From the IMG/VR virus record IMGVR_UViG_3300043446_003177, positions 108,233 through 172,232 of that record: 64,000 nucleotides of DNA. One strand, given 5' to 3'. A program made the translations under genes and the position numbers. Below the pieces are notes generated by a model. It was not told the DNA's origin. It saw only the letters and a list, made by a program, of their open reading frames with translations, and ran no database searches. This DNA is from a virus. The first letter of the stretch is position 1; each line of letters begins with the position of its first letter. Below are positions 30,034 through 38,744 of this stretch, piece by piece.

Positions 30034-31074
30034 ATGAAAGTCGCTATCATTTCAGACACCCATTACGGGGCAAGAAAAAATTCTAAACTTTTTCATGATT
30101 ATTTTAAGAAGTTTTACCATAACGTTTTTTTCCCTTCTTTAGATGAGGAAGGAATTAAAACTGTTATTCATATGGGTGATGCTTTTGATAGTAGAAAAGG
30201 AATTGATTTTTCTGCTCTAGCTTGGGCTAAAAATAATATTTTTGATCCTCTTAAAGAAAGGGGAATCAAACTATATTTGATTGTAGGAAATCACGATTCA
30301 TATTATAAAAATACAAACGAAGTAAATGCTGTGGATCTTCTTCTTCGTGAGTATGATAATGTGGAAGTGATTTGGGAACCATCTGAAGTGGTAATCGACA
30401 AATTAAAGTGCTTGTTTATTCCTTGGATTAATCAGGAGAATGAAAAAAAGACGTTCCAATTAATCGAAAATACCAAGTCATCTGTTGCAATGGGTCATTT
30501 GGAATTGAATGGATTTAATTCTCACCGTGGTCATGTGATGGATCATGGTATGGAAACAAAAAGTTTTAACAAGTTTGAAAAAGTTTTTTCTGGGCATTAC
30601 CACACAAGATCTAATGATGGAAAAATTTTCTATTTGGGTAACCCTTATGAGATTTATTGGAATGATGTGAATGATGCTCGTGGGTTTACTATTTTTGATA
30701 CTGAAACTCTAGAGCATTTTCCAATTAATAATCCATTCAGGATGTTTTATAACATTTATTATGAAGATACAAATCCCCAACTTTTTGATGCTAGAGAGTA
30801 TGAGGAAAAAATAGTAAAAGTTATTGTTAGAAAAAAATCAGATACTAAGCAATTTGAAAAATTTATTGATAAGTTGTACGCAGCAAATGTTGCAGAATTA
30901 AAAATTGTCGAGAATTTTCAAATTATTGATAATGATGATTTTGAAGGATTTGAATCCGAAGACACTATTTCAATCCTCAATAGATATATTGAAGAATCTG
31001 AAGTTAATTTGGATAAATCTATGATTCAAAATATCATATCAGAAATTTATAAAGAAGCTTGTGAGATGGTATAA
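30034..31074 (+). CDS. gp47: Recombination endonuclease subunit gp47 (Mre11-like)
   Basis: SDTHYG, GDAFD, GNHD, SGHYH metallophosphoesterase motifs. Confidence 0.96.
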   Translation: MKVAIISDTHYGARKNSKLFHDYFKKFYHNVFFPSLDEEGIKTVIHMGDAFDSRKGIDFSALAWAKNNIFDPLKERGIKLYLIVGNHDSYYKNTNEVNAVDLLLREYDNVEVIWEPSEVVIDKLKCLFIPWINQENEKKTFQLIENTKSSVAMGHLELNGFNSHRGHVMDHGMETKSFNKFEKVFSGHYHTRSNDGKIFYLGNPYEIYWNDVNDARGFTIFDTETLEHFPINNPFRMFYNIYYEDTNPQLFDAREYEEKIVKVIVRKKSDTKQFEKFIDKLYAANVAELKIVENFQIIDNDDFEGFESEDTISILNRYIEESEVNLDKSMIQNIISEIYKEACEMV

Positions 31075-31075
31075 A

Positions 31076-31348
31076 ATGTATATTCTTACAATCGATGGAA
31101 AAGAGGAGAAGGGGGCATATTCAGTAGAAAATGAAGAAGGGGAGCAAATCATCTATCTTTTTGAAGAGGAAGATGATGCAACAAGATATGCTATGATGTT
31201 AGAAGAAAAAGAATACCCTCCAATGAATGTTTTAGAAGTGGACGATGAATTGTTGATCAAAGCATGTGAAGTTCATAATTATCAGTACACCATAATTACC
31301 GAAAACGATATTGTAATTCCACCAGACACAAATGATTTTATTTCGTAA
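31076..31348 (+). CDS. DUF3110-like cyanobacterial-type protein
   Basis: YLFEEEDDATRYAMMLE motif; ATG at 31076 preferred. Confidence 0.65.
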   Translation: MYILTIDGKEEKGAYSVENEEGEQIIYLFEEEDDATRYAMMLEEKEYPPMNVLEVDDELLIKACEVHNYQYTIITENDIVIPPDTNDFIS

Positions 31349-33041
31349 TATTCGTTGGAAAAATTTTCTTTCAACTGGAAACCATTTTAGTGAAATTGAA
31401 TTCACAAATAAAACAACTAATTTGATTATTGGTACAAATGGTGCAGGTAAAAGCACCGTTCTGGATGCCTTAACTTTTTCGTTGTTTGGAAAACCTTTTC
31501 GTAAAATTAATAAACCACAACTTATTAATTCTGCAAATGAAAAGGACTGTGTTGTTGAAGTAGAATTTTCTATAGGTAATACTGAGTGGAAAGTGGTTCG
31601 TGGTATTAAACCAGCTATTTTTGAAATATACCGAAATGGATCTGTTTTAGATCAGTCTTCTGCTGCATTGGATCAGCAGAAATGGTTAGAGCAAAATGTT
31701 CTAAAGATGAATTACAAATCTTTTACTCAGATTGTAATTTTGGGATCAAGTGCATTTGTTCCATTTATGCAACTCCCAGCAGCGCATAGAAGAGAAGTTA
31801 TTGAAGATCTTTTGGATATTAAGATTTTTTCTTCTATGAATAATTTAATTAAAGAAAAAATAAGATCCGTTAAAGAACAACTTAGAACTTTAGATCTCAA
31901 GAAACAATCCATATTGGAAAAAGTTGAGATGCAAGAGAACTTCATTGAAGAGCTTGAAAATCGTGGAAAGGAGAATATTAATAATAATAATCGGAAAATT
32001 TCCGATTTAACTAAGGAAATTGATCAATATACTGAAGAGAATTCTTCTTTGGAAGAACCTCTTCGGGGGTATATTCGGGAACAGGATCAAATAATTGGCT
32101 TTGCAGAAAAACTTAAAAAACTTGGAAATCTTAAAGGTAAAATCTCTCAGAAAGTATCAACAATAACTAATGAGCATAAGTTCTTTACTGAGAATACGGT
32201 TTGCCCTACATGCACTCAACCAATCGAAGAGGACTTTAGAATAAATAAAATTGCAGACGCTCAAAATAAGGCAAAAGAGTTGCAATCTGGTTATAAAGAA
32301 CTGGAGGAGGCAATTAAAGAGGAAGAGGAGCGAGAGCGTCAATTTAATACTCTATCGAAGGAGATTTCAAAATTAACTAATGGCATTTCTCAAAACAATA
32401 TTAAGATTAATGGATTACGAAGACAAATCCGAAATCTTGAATCGGAAATTCAAGTTCTTACCGAGAACCTTGCAAACAGAAATTCTGAACATGAGAAGTT
32501 AGAATCCTTCAAAGACAATTTAAAAACTACATACGACGAGCTCGCTTCTAAAAAAGACTTAATCAACTATTACGATTTCACGTACAGTTTGTTGAAAGAC
32601 GGTGGAGTTAAATCCAAAATTATCAAGAAGTATTTGCCTCTAATCAATCAGCAAGTCAATCGTTACTTGCAAATGATGGACTTTTATATTAATTTTACTC
32701 TTGATGAAGAATTTAACGAAACCGTTCAGTCTCCAATTCATGAAGATTTTTCCTATGCTTCTTTTAGTGAAGGGGAAAAAATGAGAATTGATTTGGCTCT
32801 TCTTTTTACATGGAGAGAAGTTGCTAAGTTCAAAAACTCAGTAAATACAAATCTCCTTATTATGGATGAGGTATTTGATTCATCTCTTGATGGATTTGGT
32901 ACAGATGATTTTCTGAAAATCATTAGATACGTGATTAAAGACGCAAATATTTTTGTTATTTCTCACAAAGAATCTCTGCATGATAAGTTTGATAATGTAA
33001 TTAAATTTGATAAAATTAAAGGATTTAGTAGAATTGTATGA
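31332..33041 (+). CDS. gp46: Recombination ATPase gp46 (Rad50-like)
   Basis: GTNGAGKST, CPTC hook, FSEGEK, MDEVFD, ISH. Confidence 0.97.
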   Translation: MILFRNIRWKNFLSTGNHFSEIEFTNKTTNLIIGTNGAGKSTVLDALTFSLFGKPFRKINKPQLINSANEKDCVVEVEFSIGNTEWKVVRGIKPAIFEIYRNGSVLDQSSAALDQQKWLEQNVLKMNYKSFTQIVILGSSAFVPFMQLPAAHRREVIEDLLDIKIFSSMNNLIKEKIRSVKEQLRTLDLKKQSILEKVEMQENFIEELENRGKENINNNNRKISDLTKEIDQYTEENSSLEEPLRGYIREQDQIIGFAEKLKKLGNLKGKISQKVSTITNEHKFFTENTVCPTCTQPIEEDFRINKIADAQNKAKELQSGYKELEEAIKEEEERERQFNTLSKEISKLTNGISQNNIKINGLRRQIRNLESEIQVLTENLANRNSEHEKLESFKDNLKTTYDELASKKDLINYYDFTYSLLKDGGVKSKIIKKYLPLINQQVNRYLQMMDFYINFTLDEEFNETVQSPIHEDFSYASFSEGEKMRIDLALLFTWREVAKFKNSVNTNLLIMDEVFDSSLDGFGTDDFLKIIRYVIKDANIFVISHKESLHDKFDNVIKFDKIKGFSRIV

Positions 33042-33781
33042 AAGTCTTAATTACTGGACATAAAGGTTTTATTGGAAAACATGTTTTTAATGATTGGGTA
33101 GAGACTCATAACAACTTAGTTGTTGGTATGGATTTACCTTATGATATTGGTGATTTTTCTGGAGGTGATTTTAATCTTGTAATTCATCTTGCTGCTTTTG
33201 CTGATATTAGAGACAGTCAAGAGAATCCAGAAAAGTATTATGAAAACAATGTTCTCAAAACTAAAAGGATATTTGATTGGTGTAGAGAAACAAATACACG
33301 CCTTTTGTATGCCTCTTCAAGCACTGTAGAAGAGGATTATTGGACTAATCCATATGCAATGACTAAATGGATTAATGAGGTAATGGCCCCACCAAACTCT
33401 GTTGGTATGAGATTTACCACAGTCTACGGTCCTGGTGGTCGCGGTAATATGATGTATGACTTACTTAGAGATAAGAAAGCAACTTATGTGACCAATCACA
33501 AAAGAGACTGGATTCACGTTAAAGATGTTTGTCGCGCTATTCGGTATCTTGCCTCAAGTGATATAACTGGACCAGTTCCAGTTGGTACGGGAAAATCAAT
33601 AAAAGTTTCTGATTTAGCAAAAGCATTTGGTCAGGGTCACTTGCCAGTTAAGGAACTGACACCTGGAGAAAGACAGGACAATGCAGCAGATGTTAAAATA
33701 CTAACTAGTATTGGGTGGTTTCCCACCATCAACATTCTGGACACGATCAATGACCACTCCAAACTGGCAACATCACAGTAA
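33038..33781 (+). CDS. NAD-dependent nucleotide-sugar epimerase/dehydratase
   Basis: TGHKGFIG, HLAA, YASSS, YAMTK, RDWIHV. Confidence 0.9.
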   Translation: MKVLITGHKGFIGKHVFNDWVETHNNLVVGMDLPYDIGDFSGGDFNLVIHLAAFADIRDSQENPEKYYENNVLKTKRIFDWCRETNTRLLYASSSTVEEDYWTNPYAMTKWINEVMAPPNSVGMRFTTVYGPGGRGNMMYDLLRDKKATYVTNHKRDWIHVKDVCRAIRYLASSDITGPVPVGTGKSIKVSDLAKAFGQGHLPVKELTPGERQDNAADVKILTSIGWFPTINILDTINDHSKLATSQ

Positions 33782-33896
33782 AAAGGAACAGAAGCGGAAA
33801 CTGAAACCGCAAGCACTTCGACAAGCAAAGGCACGTCGCCAAGCACTCAAGAAGCGTCTCAACTCTAGAGACGCTTCTTTTTTTATAAATAACTAA
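33750..33896 (+). CDS. Small highly basic protein (MTTPNWQHHSKKEQKRKLKPQALRQAKARRQALKKRLNSRDASFFINN)
   Basis: ATG at 33750 within track ORF 33711; Lys/Arg-rich. Confidence 0.65.
   Translation: MTTPNWQHHSKKEQKRKLKPQALRQAKARRQALKKRLNSRDASFFINN
33849..33884 (+). terminator. Intrinsic terminator inside the 3' end of the basic ORF, abutting late promoter TATAAATA (33884-33891)
   Basis: 12-bp stem AAGAAGCGTCTC/GAGACGCTTCTT plus T-run. Confidence 0.75.
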
Positions 33897-33911
33897 AAAG
33901 TGTTTATAAAA

Positions 33912-35105
33912 ATGGATTCAAAAGAACTTCGCAATTTATACGAAGCGTATAATCAAGTTTATCAGATTGATGAAATTTCTGCTGATCTTGCATTGAAGGC
34001 AAGTAAGGAGGCAGATATTAAAAGAGGTAAACTTGCTCATGCTGGTGATAAAGCAGGTGCTGCTGCTAAAGCAGCACAAGCCTCGCGTCTTTATAAAGCG
34101 CAAGCAGCAAAGAGACTGAATAGAGAAGAGTTTGAACTTTGGGTAAATTCTCTTGTAGAAGAAGGTTATGACCTTTCTGACTACACTTGGGATGAAATGT
34201 ATGAGTTTTATCTTGGTGAAGCAATCACTAGCGAAAAGGGTAAAGCAAAAGCAGCAGAAATGATTGCTAAGCGCACTACTGCTTCTGGTAGAGCAAAACC
34301 AGGACAAGGTGATAATGTTGCTACAATCAAGCACATTAGTCGTTCTAATAGAGACGGACTTCTGGGAACTCCCCCTAATCGTAAAGTAGCAGGTTCCAAT
34401 TGGCCAAAATCATATACTGGAATTGGGGGAACTGGAAACAAAGCAGCAAGAAGAGCAGCAGCACTCAAGAAAGAAGAAGTTGATATCTTTGATATTGTTC
34501 TTGAGTTCCTCCAAGTAGAAGGATATGCAGAAACTCTTGAAGAAGCAGAGTGGATAATGGCAAATCTAATTGATGATGAAGCGATTGAAATTATCCTTGG
34601 CGAATCTGCACTTGGAACTATGGCTGTTCTGGGTGGTATGGCGGCAGGTCGTGCTATTCATGGCAAACTGCAAGATAGAAAAGCAAAAAAAGAATATGAA
34701 GCAAAGAAAAGAACTAGTGATTATTTGATCATGAAAGACAGAACTAAAGATGCTGTTGCTAGAGATAGATCTTCTAGTGGTGATACGAGGAAAGAAGAAT
34801 TTGAAGCATGGTTTGATGCAATTCTTGAAGCACGTAGAGCTGATAAAGAAGGTTATGAAAGAGGTAGTGCAGCAAACCCTAAGAGAAAAGATATTCCTCA
34901 TGGAGATCCTTCTCAAAGATCAATGCTGCACTCCAAACTGAAGAGACGTGCTGATGAAATGGGAAGAGAAAGAAGAAGTTCTTCTGCATATAAAGCAGGC
35001 AGCCGTCCTCCTGTTTCTAAAAAAGAAAAGGCATTTTTGCAAGCAGCAGATAGAACTAGACAAAGTATTAGAAATCCAAATGTTCCCAACACTGGAAAGC
35101 ACTGA
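33912..35105 (+). CDS. Late modular protein with alternating acidic helical spacers and basic segments (putative internal head protein)
   Basis: Late promoter; modules EEFELWVNSLVEEGYDLSDYTW and EEVDIFDIVLEFLQVEGYAET. Confidence 0.65.
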   Translation: MDSKELRNLYEAYNQVYQIDEISADLALKASKEADIKRGKLAHAGDKAGAAAKAAQASRLYKAQAAKRLNREEFELWVNSLVEEGYDLSDYTWDEMYEFYLGEAITSEKGKAKAAEMIAKRTTASGRAKPGQGDNVATIKHISRSNRDGLLGTPPNRKVAGSNWPKSYTGIGGTGNKAARRAAALKKEEVDIFDIVLEFLQVEGYAETLEEAEWIMANLIDDEAIEIILGESALGTMAVLGGMAAGRAIHGKLQDRKAKKEYEAKKRTSDYLIMKDRTKDAVARDRSSSGDTRKEEFEAWFDAILEARRADKEGYERGSAANPKRKDIPHGDPSQRSMLHSKLKRRADEMGRERRSSSAYKAGSRPPVSKKEKAFLQAADRTRQSIRNPNVPNTGKH

Positions 35106-35129
35106 GACCACTTTTTAAACTGTCCACAT

Positions 35130-35154
35130 GGAGGTCTTTTGACCTCCTTTTTTT
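35130..35154 (+). terminator. Intrinsic terminator followed by a -10 box (TATAAT 35156-35161)
   Basis: GGAGGTC-TTTT-GACCTCC plus T7. Confidence 0.8.
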
Positions 35155-35182
35155 GTATAATGATTTCATACGCATCAGACCT

Positions 35183-37333
35183 ATGACCGTCCGCCACGAA
35201 ATCAAGTCCCAACTTGCTAAACTGCTTGCTACCGAAGACCTTGTGGTTGAGCACAAGAAGGTAGAGACTGCCCAGTTTAATGTTCATACCCGTGTGCTCA
35301 CCCTGCCTATGTGGGAGAAGGCAAGCAACACCGTGTATGACCTGCTGGTGGGGCACGAGGTCGGACATGCTCTCTATACGCCTGATGAAGACTGGTTGAA
35401 GGAATATAAAATTCCTCCGCAGTTTGTGAATGTGGTTGAAGATGCTCGTATCGAGAAACTGATGAAGCGTCGGTATCCTGGTCTTGCTAAGACTTTTTAT
35501 AACGGATACAAAGAACTCGCTGAGCAAGATTTCTTTCAACTTGCCGATGAGAAACTTGATGAGATGAATCTTGCTGACCGTGCAAACCTGTGGTTCAAAA
35601 TTGGTAACTTTACTGATATTTTGATTGAGGGTGATGAAGAAACTGAAATCATTAATTTGATTTCTGATGCAGAAACTTTTGCTGATGTGCTGATTGCTGC
35701 AGAAGCACTCTATAAGTATTGTAAGCAAAAGCAACAAGAAGAAACCAAGACTCAACTGGATGATCTCCAGTCGCAAGATTCTGGTGCAAGTCAGCAACCT
35801 GCTTCTGATTTTTCTGATCAACAAGAGGGTGAGAATGACCAACCTGAGTCTGATGGTTCAGAAGGTTCTTCTTCTGGAGAAGATTCTCAACAACAGAAAC
35901 CCACTAATTCTCCTTCTGGAGGTGAAAAAGATACCGAGCCTGAAGTTAAAACAATGGATTCTTTGGAAGATGCTCTCAAAGATCTTCTGAGTAAAGATGG
36001 GTATGAAAATGTTTATTTGGAACTTCCCCAACTTGATCTAAGTAAAGTTATTGTTCCTAATTCTCAGATTCATAATCGTTGTAAGGAAGAGTGGGATACT
36101 TGGGTTGAACGTATGGACTATACTAAAGAACTTATTTTTGGAAGTGTTGATGCCCAGTTTAATGAGTTCAAGCGTTCTGCTCAGAAAGAAGTCAATTATT
36201 TGGTCAAAGAGTTTGAATGCCGTAAAGCAGCAGACTCTTATGCTCGTGCATCTACTTCTCGCACGGGTGTTCTGGATTGCACTAAGCTTCACACCTATAA
36301 GTATAATGAAGACTTGTTCCGTAAAGTAACGACACTTGCTGATGGTAAGAATCATGGTCTGGTGTTTGTTCTGGACTGGTCTGGTTCAATGTGTGATGTG
36401 ATGTTGGATACGGTCAAGCAACTTTTCAACCTTGTCTGGTTCTGTAAGAAAGTTGCTATTCCGTTCGATGTTTATGCCTTTACATCCGATTACCCCTTGG
36501 TTTCTTATGATGAAAATAATAAAGCAAGTCTTCGTGAACTTTCCTATAAGAAGCGTGATGGTCTAGTTCAGGTTGGTGAATGGTTCTCGATGATGAATCT
36601 TCTCACCAGTAAGGTGAATGGTAAGACTCTGGATGAGCAGATGAAGAACATCTTTCGTCTTGCAACTTCTTTCGGCCGCTGGTCTCAATGTTCTTACACA
36701 ACTCCTACTGGACTGAGTTTGTCTGGAACTCCTCTGAATGAAGCACTTATTTCTCTTCATCAGATCCTTCCCAAGTTCCAGAAAGAAAACAAACTCCAGA
36801 AAGTTCAGTGTGTGGTTTTGACTGATGGTGAGGCGTGTATGGTGAAGTATCATCGTCAAGTTCAGCGTCACTGGGAACAAGAACCTTTTATAGGCACTTC
36901 TCATATTGGTCCTAATGCTTTTCTTCGTGACCGTAAGACTGGTAATACCTATTCTTGCGATGTTGAGTGGAGTGGTTTTAGTGATGTTCTTCTCCGCAAC
37001 CTTCGTGATAAGTTTGCTGATATTAACTTTATTGGTATTCGTGTTCTTGAAGGTCGTGATGCTGGTAACTTTATCCGCCGCTACTGTGGATTCTTTGGAC
37101 CTAATTTTGAAAAGACAATGACTGCTTGGAAAAAAGAAAAAGCATTTACAATTAAACAATCTGGTTATCATTCCTACTTTGGTCTTTCTGCTTCTGCGCT
37201 TACCCAAGATAGTGGATTTGATGTTGCAGAAGATGCTACTAAATCTCAAATCAAATCTGCTTTTGTGAAGAGTTTGAAGTCTAAGAAGATGAACAAAAAA
37301 ATTCTTGGTGAGTTTGTGGAACTGATTGCGTAG
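35183..37333 (+). CDS. Metallopeptidase-like / VWA (CobT-like) protein, probable partner of the CobS AAA+ ATPase
   Basis: HEVGH motif, NVVEDARIE, MIDAS DWSGSM, SGTP, LTDGE; ATG 35183. Confidence 0.88.
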   Translation: MTVRHEIKSQLAKLLATEDLVVEHKKVETAQFNVHTRVLTLPMWEKASNTVYDLLVGHEVGHALYTPDEDWLKEYKIPPQFVNVVEDARIEKLMKRRYPGLAKTFYNGYKELAEQDFFQLADEKLDEMNLADRANLWFKIGNFTDILIEGDEETEIINLISDAETFADVLIAAEALYKYCKQKQQEETKTQLDDLQSQDSGASQQPASDFSDQQEGENDQPESDGSEGSSSGEDSQQQKPTNSPSGGEKDTEPEVKTMDSLEDALKDLLSKDGYENVYLELPQLDLSKVIVPNSQIHNRCKEEWDTWVERMDYTKELIFGSVDAQFNEFKRSAQKEVNYLVKEFECRKAADSYARASTSRTGVLDCTKLHTYKYNEDLFRKVTTLADGKNHGLVFVLDWSGSMCDVMLDTVKQLFNLVWFCKKVAIPFDVYAFTSDYPLVSYDENNKASLRELSYKKRDGLVQVGEWFSMMNLLTSKVNGKTLDEQMKNIFRLATSFGRWSQCSYTTPTGLSLSGTPLNEALISLHQILPKFQKENKLQKVQCVVLTDGEACMVKYHRQVQRHWEQEPFIGTSHIGPNAFLRDRKTGNTYSCDVEWSGFSDVLLRNLRDKFADINFIGIRVLEGRDAGNFIRRYCGFFGPNFEKTMTAWKKEKAFTIKQSGYHSYFGLSASALTQDSGFDVAEDATKSQIKSAFVKSLKSKKMNKKILGEFVELIA

Positions 37334-37349
37334 ATAAATACTCAAAAGA

Positions 37350-38477
37350 GTGCCTATAAAGATGCAACTTCCAGAAGAACTTCTTGATGAGAGAACCCTG
37401 ATGAAAATGAAAGGATCCAAGAAATCAGGCACTATGCCTATTCCTGGATCCGAAGGTGCTGCACGAAAAGATGTTGCTCGTGCTGGATTTAGAAAAAAGG
37501 GTCCAATTCAAGATCCTAAAGTTGAGAAAAGTGGAAAAGATGTTCCTGTTTGGGTAAGAACTCATAAATCTCCTGCTGATTATGCTGCTCATACAGCAAA
37601 GCAAAAACATAAAGAAGGTGAAAAAACTGATACTAAAGAATTAAGAAAACAGTTTCATAAAACTGGAGCTAAAAAAGATAGTGAAGTTCATGATATTACT
37701 GTAGGATCCCCCAAATCAAAAGTAAAAGATCCTGGGCAAAGGGCAAGACAATTTGTCGGTGCTTTAAAAGATGTTAAAGATAAAATGAAGGAAAAGAAAG
37801 GAGTTGCTACAAATACTCCAACTGCTATTGATTCCACTAAAACAAAAAATAAAAAAAATAGAAGTGGGGAAGAAGGTGCAGAGCAAAGAGGTAGAATTTA
37901 TAAGAAACTCGGAATGGGCGAAAGAAATCCAAAGACAGGAGTACAAATGGCAAAATTAGGAGAATGCAAGTCTTTCAGTCAGTTCATGTTAGAGTGTAAT
38001 TCTATTCAAGAAACATCTCTGAACAGAATTAGATCTAAGTCGGAAAAAGGCGGAATGGCTATCATGTCTGCTCAACGTGGTGATAAATCTAAGTCAGAAA
38101 ATAAAGCACGTTCTAAGCAACTTGAGAAGGATGTGAGGGGCGCTGGTCTTCCCGGACCCACCAAAGTTAAAGGTAGATATACTGAAAATCCAGGAACACC
38201 TCAAGAGAAAAAAGTAGGAGAAAAGTCCCACGTCATTACTCCTGGTAAGAAAGGCAAAAGAAAGTTTAAAAAGGCAATCGAAAAATTAGGTAAGAAGTAT
38301 GATCAAGACTCTGTTCTCATCCAACGTAAGAAGGGTGGGAGTGCAACTCTTAAAGGAACATCAAAAACATCTTGGCCTGGAAAGGGAAAGAATGTTAAAA
38401 TTGGTAAAATGAAACCTGGACGTACAGGTGAGTTTGATACTAAGGTAAAAAACAAAACATTTACAGTTGAGGATTGA
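37350..38477 (+). CDS. Late two-module basic protein; C-terminal domain resembles phage SAM lyase (T3 gp0.3 / DUF3293-like)
   Basis: ATAAATA at 37334-37340; motifs SAQR, EN..R, GRYTE, GEKS, YDQDSVL. Confidence 0.6.
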   Translation: MPIKMQLPEELLDERTLMKMKGSKKSGTMPIPGSEGAARKDVARAGFRKKGPIQDPKVEKSGKDVPVWVRTHKSPADYAAHTAKQKHKEGEKTDTKELRKQFHKTGAKKDSEVHDITVGSPKSKVKDPGQRARQFVGALKDVKDKMKEKKGVATNTPTAIDSTKTKNKKNRSGEEGAEQRGRIYKKLGMGERNPKTGVQMAKLGECKSFSQFMLECNSIQETSLNRIRSKSEKGGMAIMSAQRGDKSKSENKARSKQLEKDVRGAGLPGPTKVKGRYTENPGTPQEKKVGEKSHVITPGKKGKRKFKKAIEKLGKKYDQDSVLIQRKKGGSATLKGTSKTSWPGKGKNVKIGKMKPGRTGEFDTKVKNKTFTVED

Positions 38478-38478
38478 G

Positions 38479-38673
38479 ATGGCAAAAAAACTTGATAAAT
38501 TTCCATTTGATCATGTAGTAAAATATGATACTCAAGAAGTATGGATTAAGTGCAGCAGTGTTACTACTGCTATGGGACTTCCTACACTTGTAAATCAATA
38601 TTATCCTGGGTATAAAGCAAAGATTGGGACACAGGAGCAACTTGACCAACTTCGCAACCAGTTGGTGAACTGA
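38479..38673 (+). CDS. Small hypothetical protein
   Basis: MAKKLDKFPFDHVV...; fills gap. Confidence 0.65.
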   Translation: MAKKLDKFPFDHVVKYDTQEVWIKCSSVTTAMGLPTLVNQYYPGYKAKIGTQEQLDQLRNQLVN

Positions 38674-38679
38674 CCATTC

Positions 38680-38701
38680 GGGGGGTTCTGCCCCCCTTTT
38701 T
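38680..38701 (+). terminator. Intrinsic terminator followed by a -10 box (TATAAT 38707-38712)
   Basis: GGGGGG-TTCTG-CCCCCC plus T5. Confidence 0.7.
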
Positions 38702-38744
38702 GGTTGTATAATATGTCTGTTGAAACAAACCACCTAACTACATT

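Noticed and set aside
26175-35147. Terminators at 26175 and 35130 use the same arms (GACCTCC/GGAGGTC) in swapped order
   Set aside because: Only 7 bp and adequately explained by terminator composition.
35139-35161. TTGACC as -35 for the VWA gene promoter
   Set aside because: It is only 11 nt from TATAAT and is part of the terminator stem.
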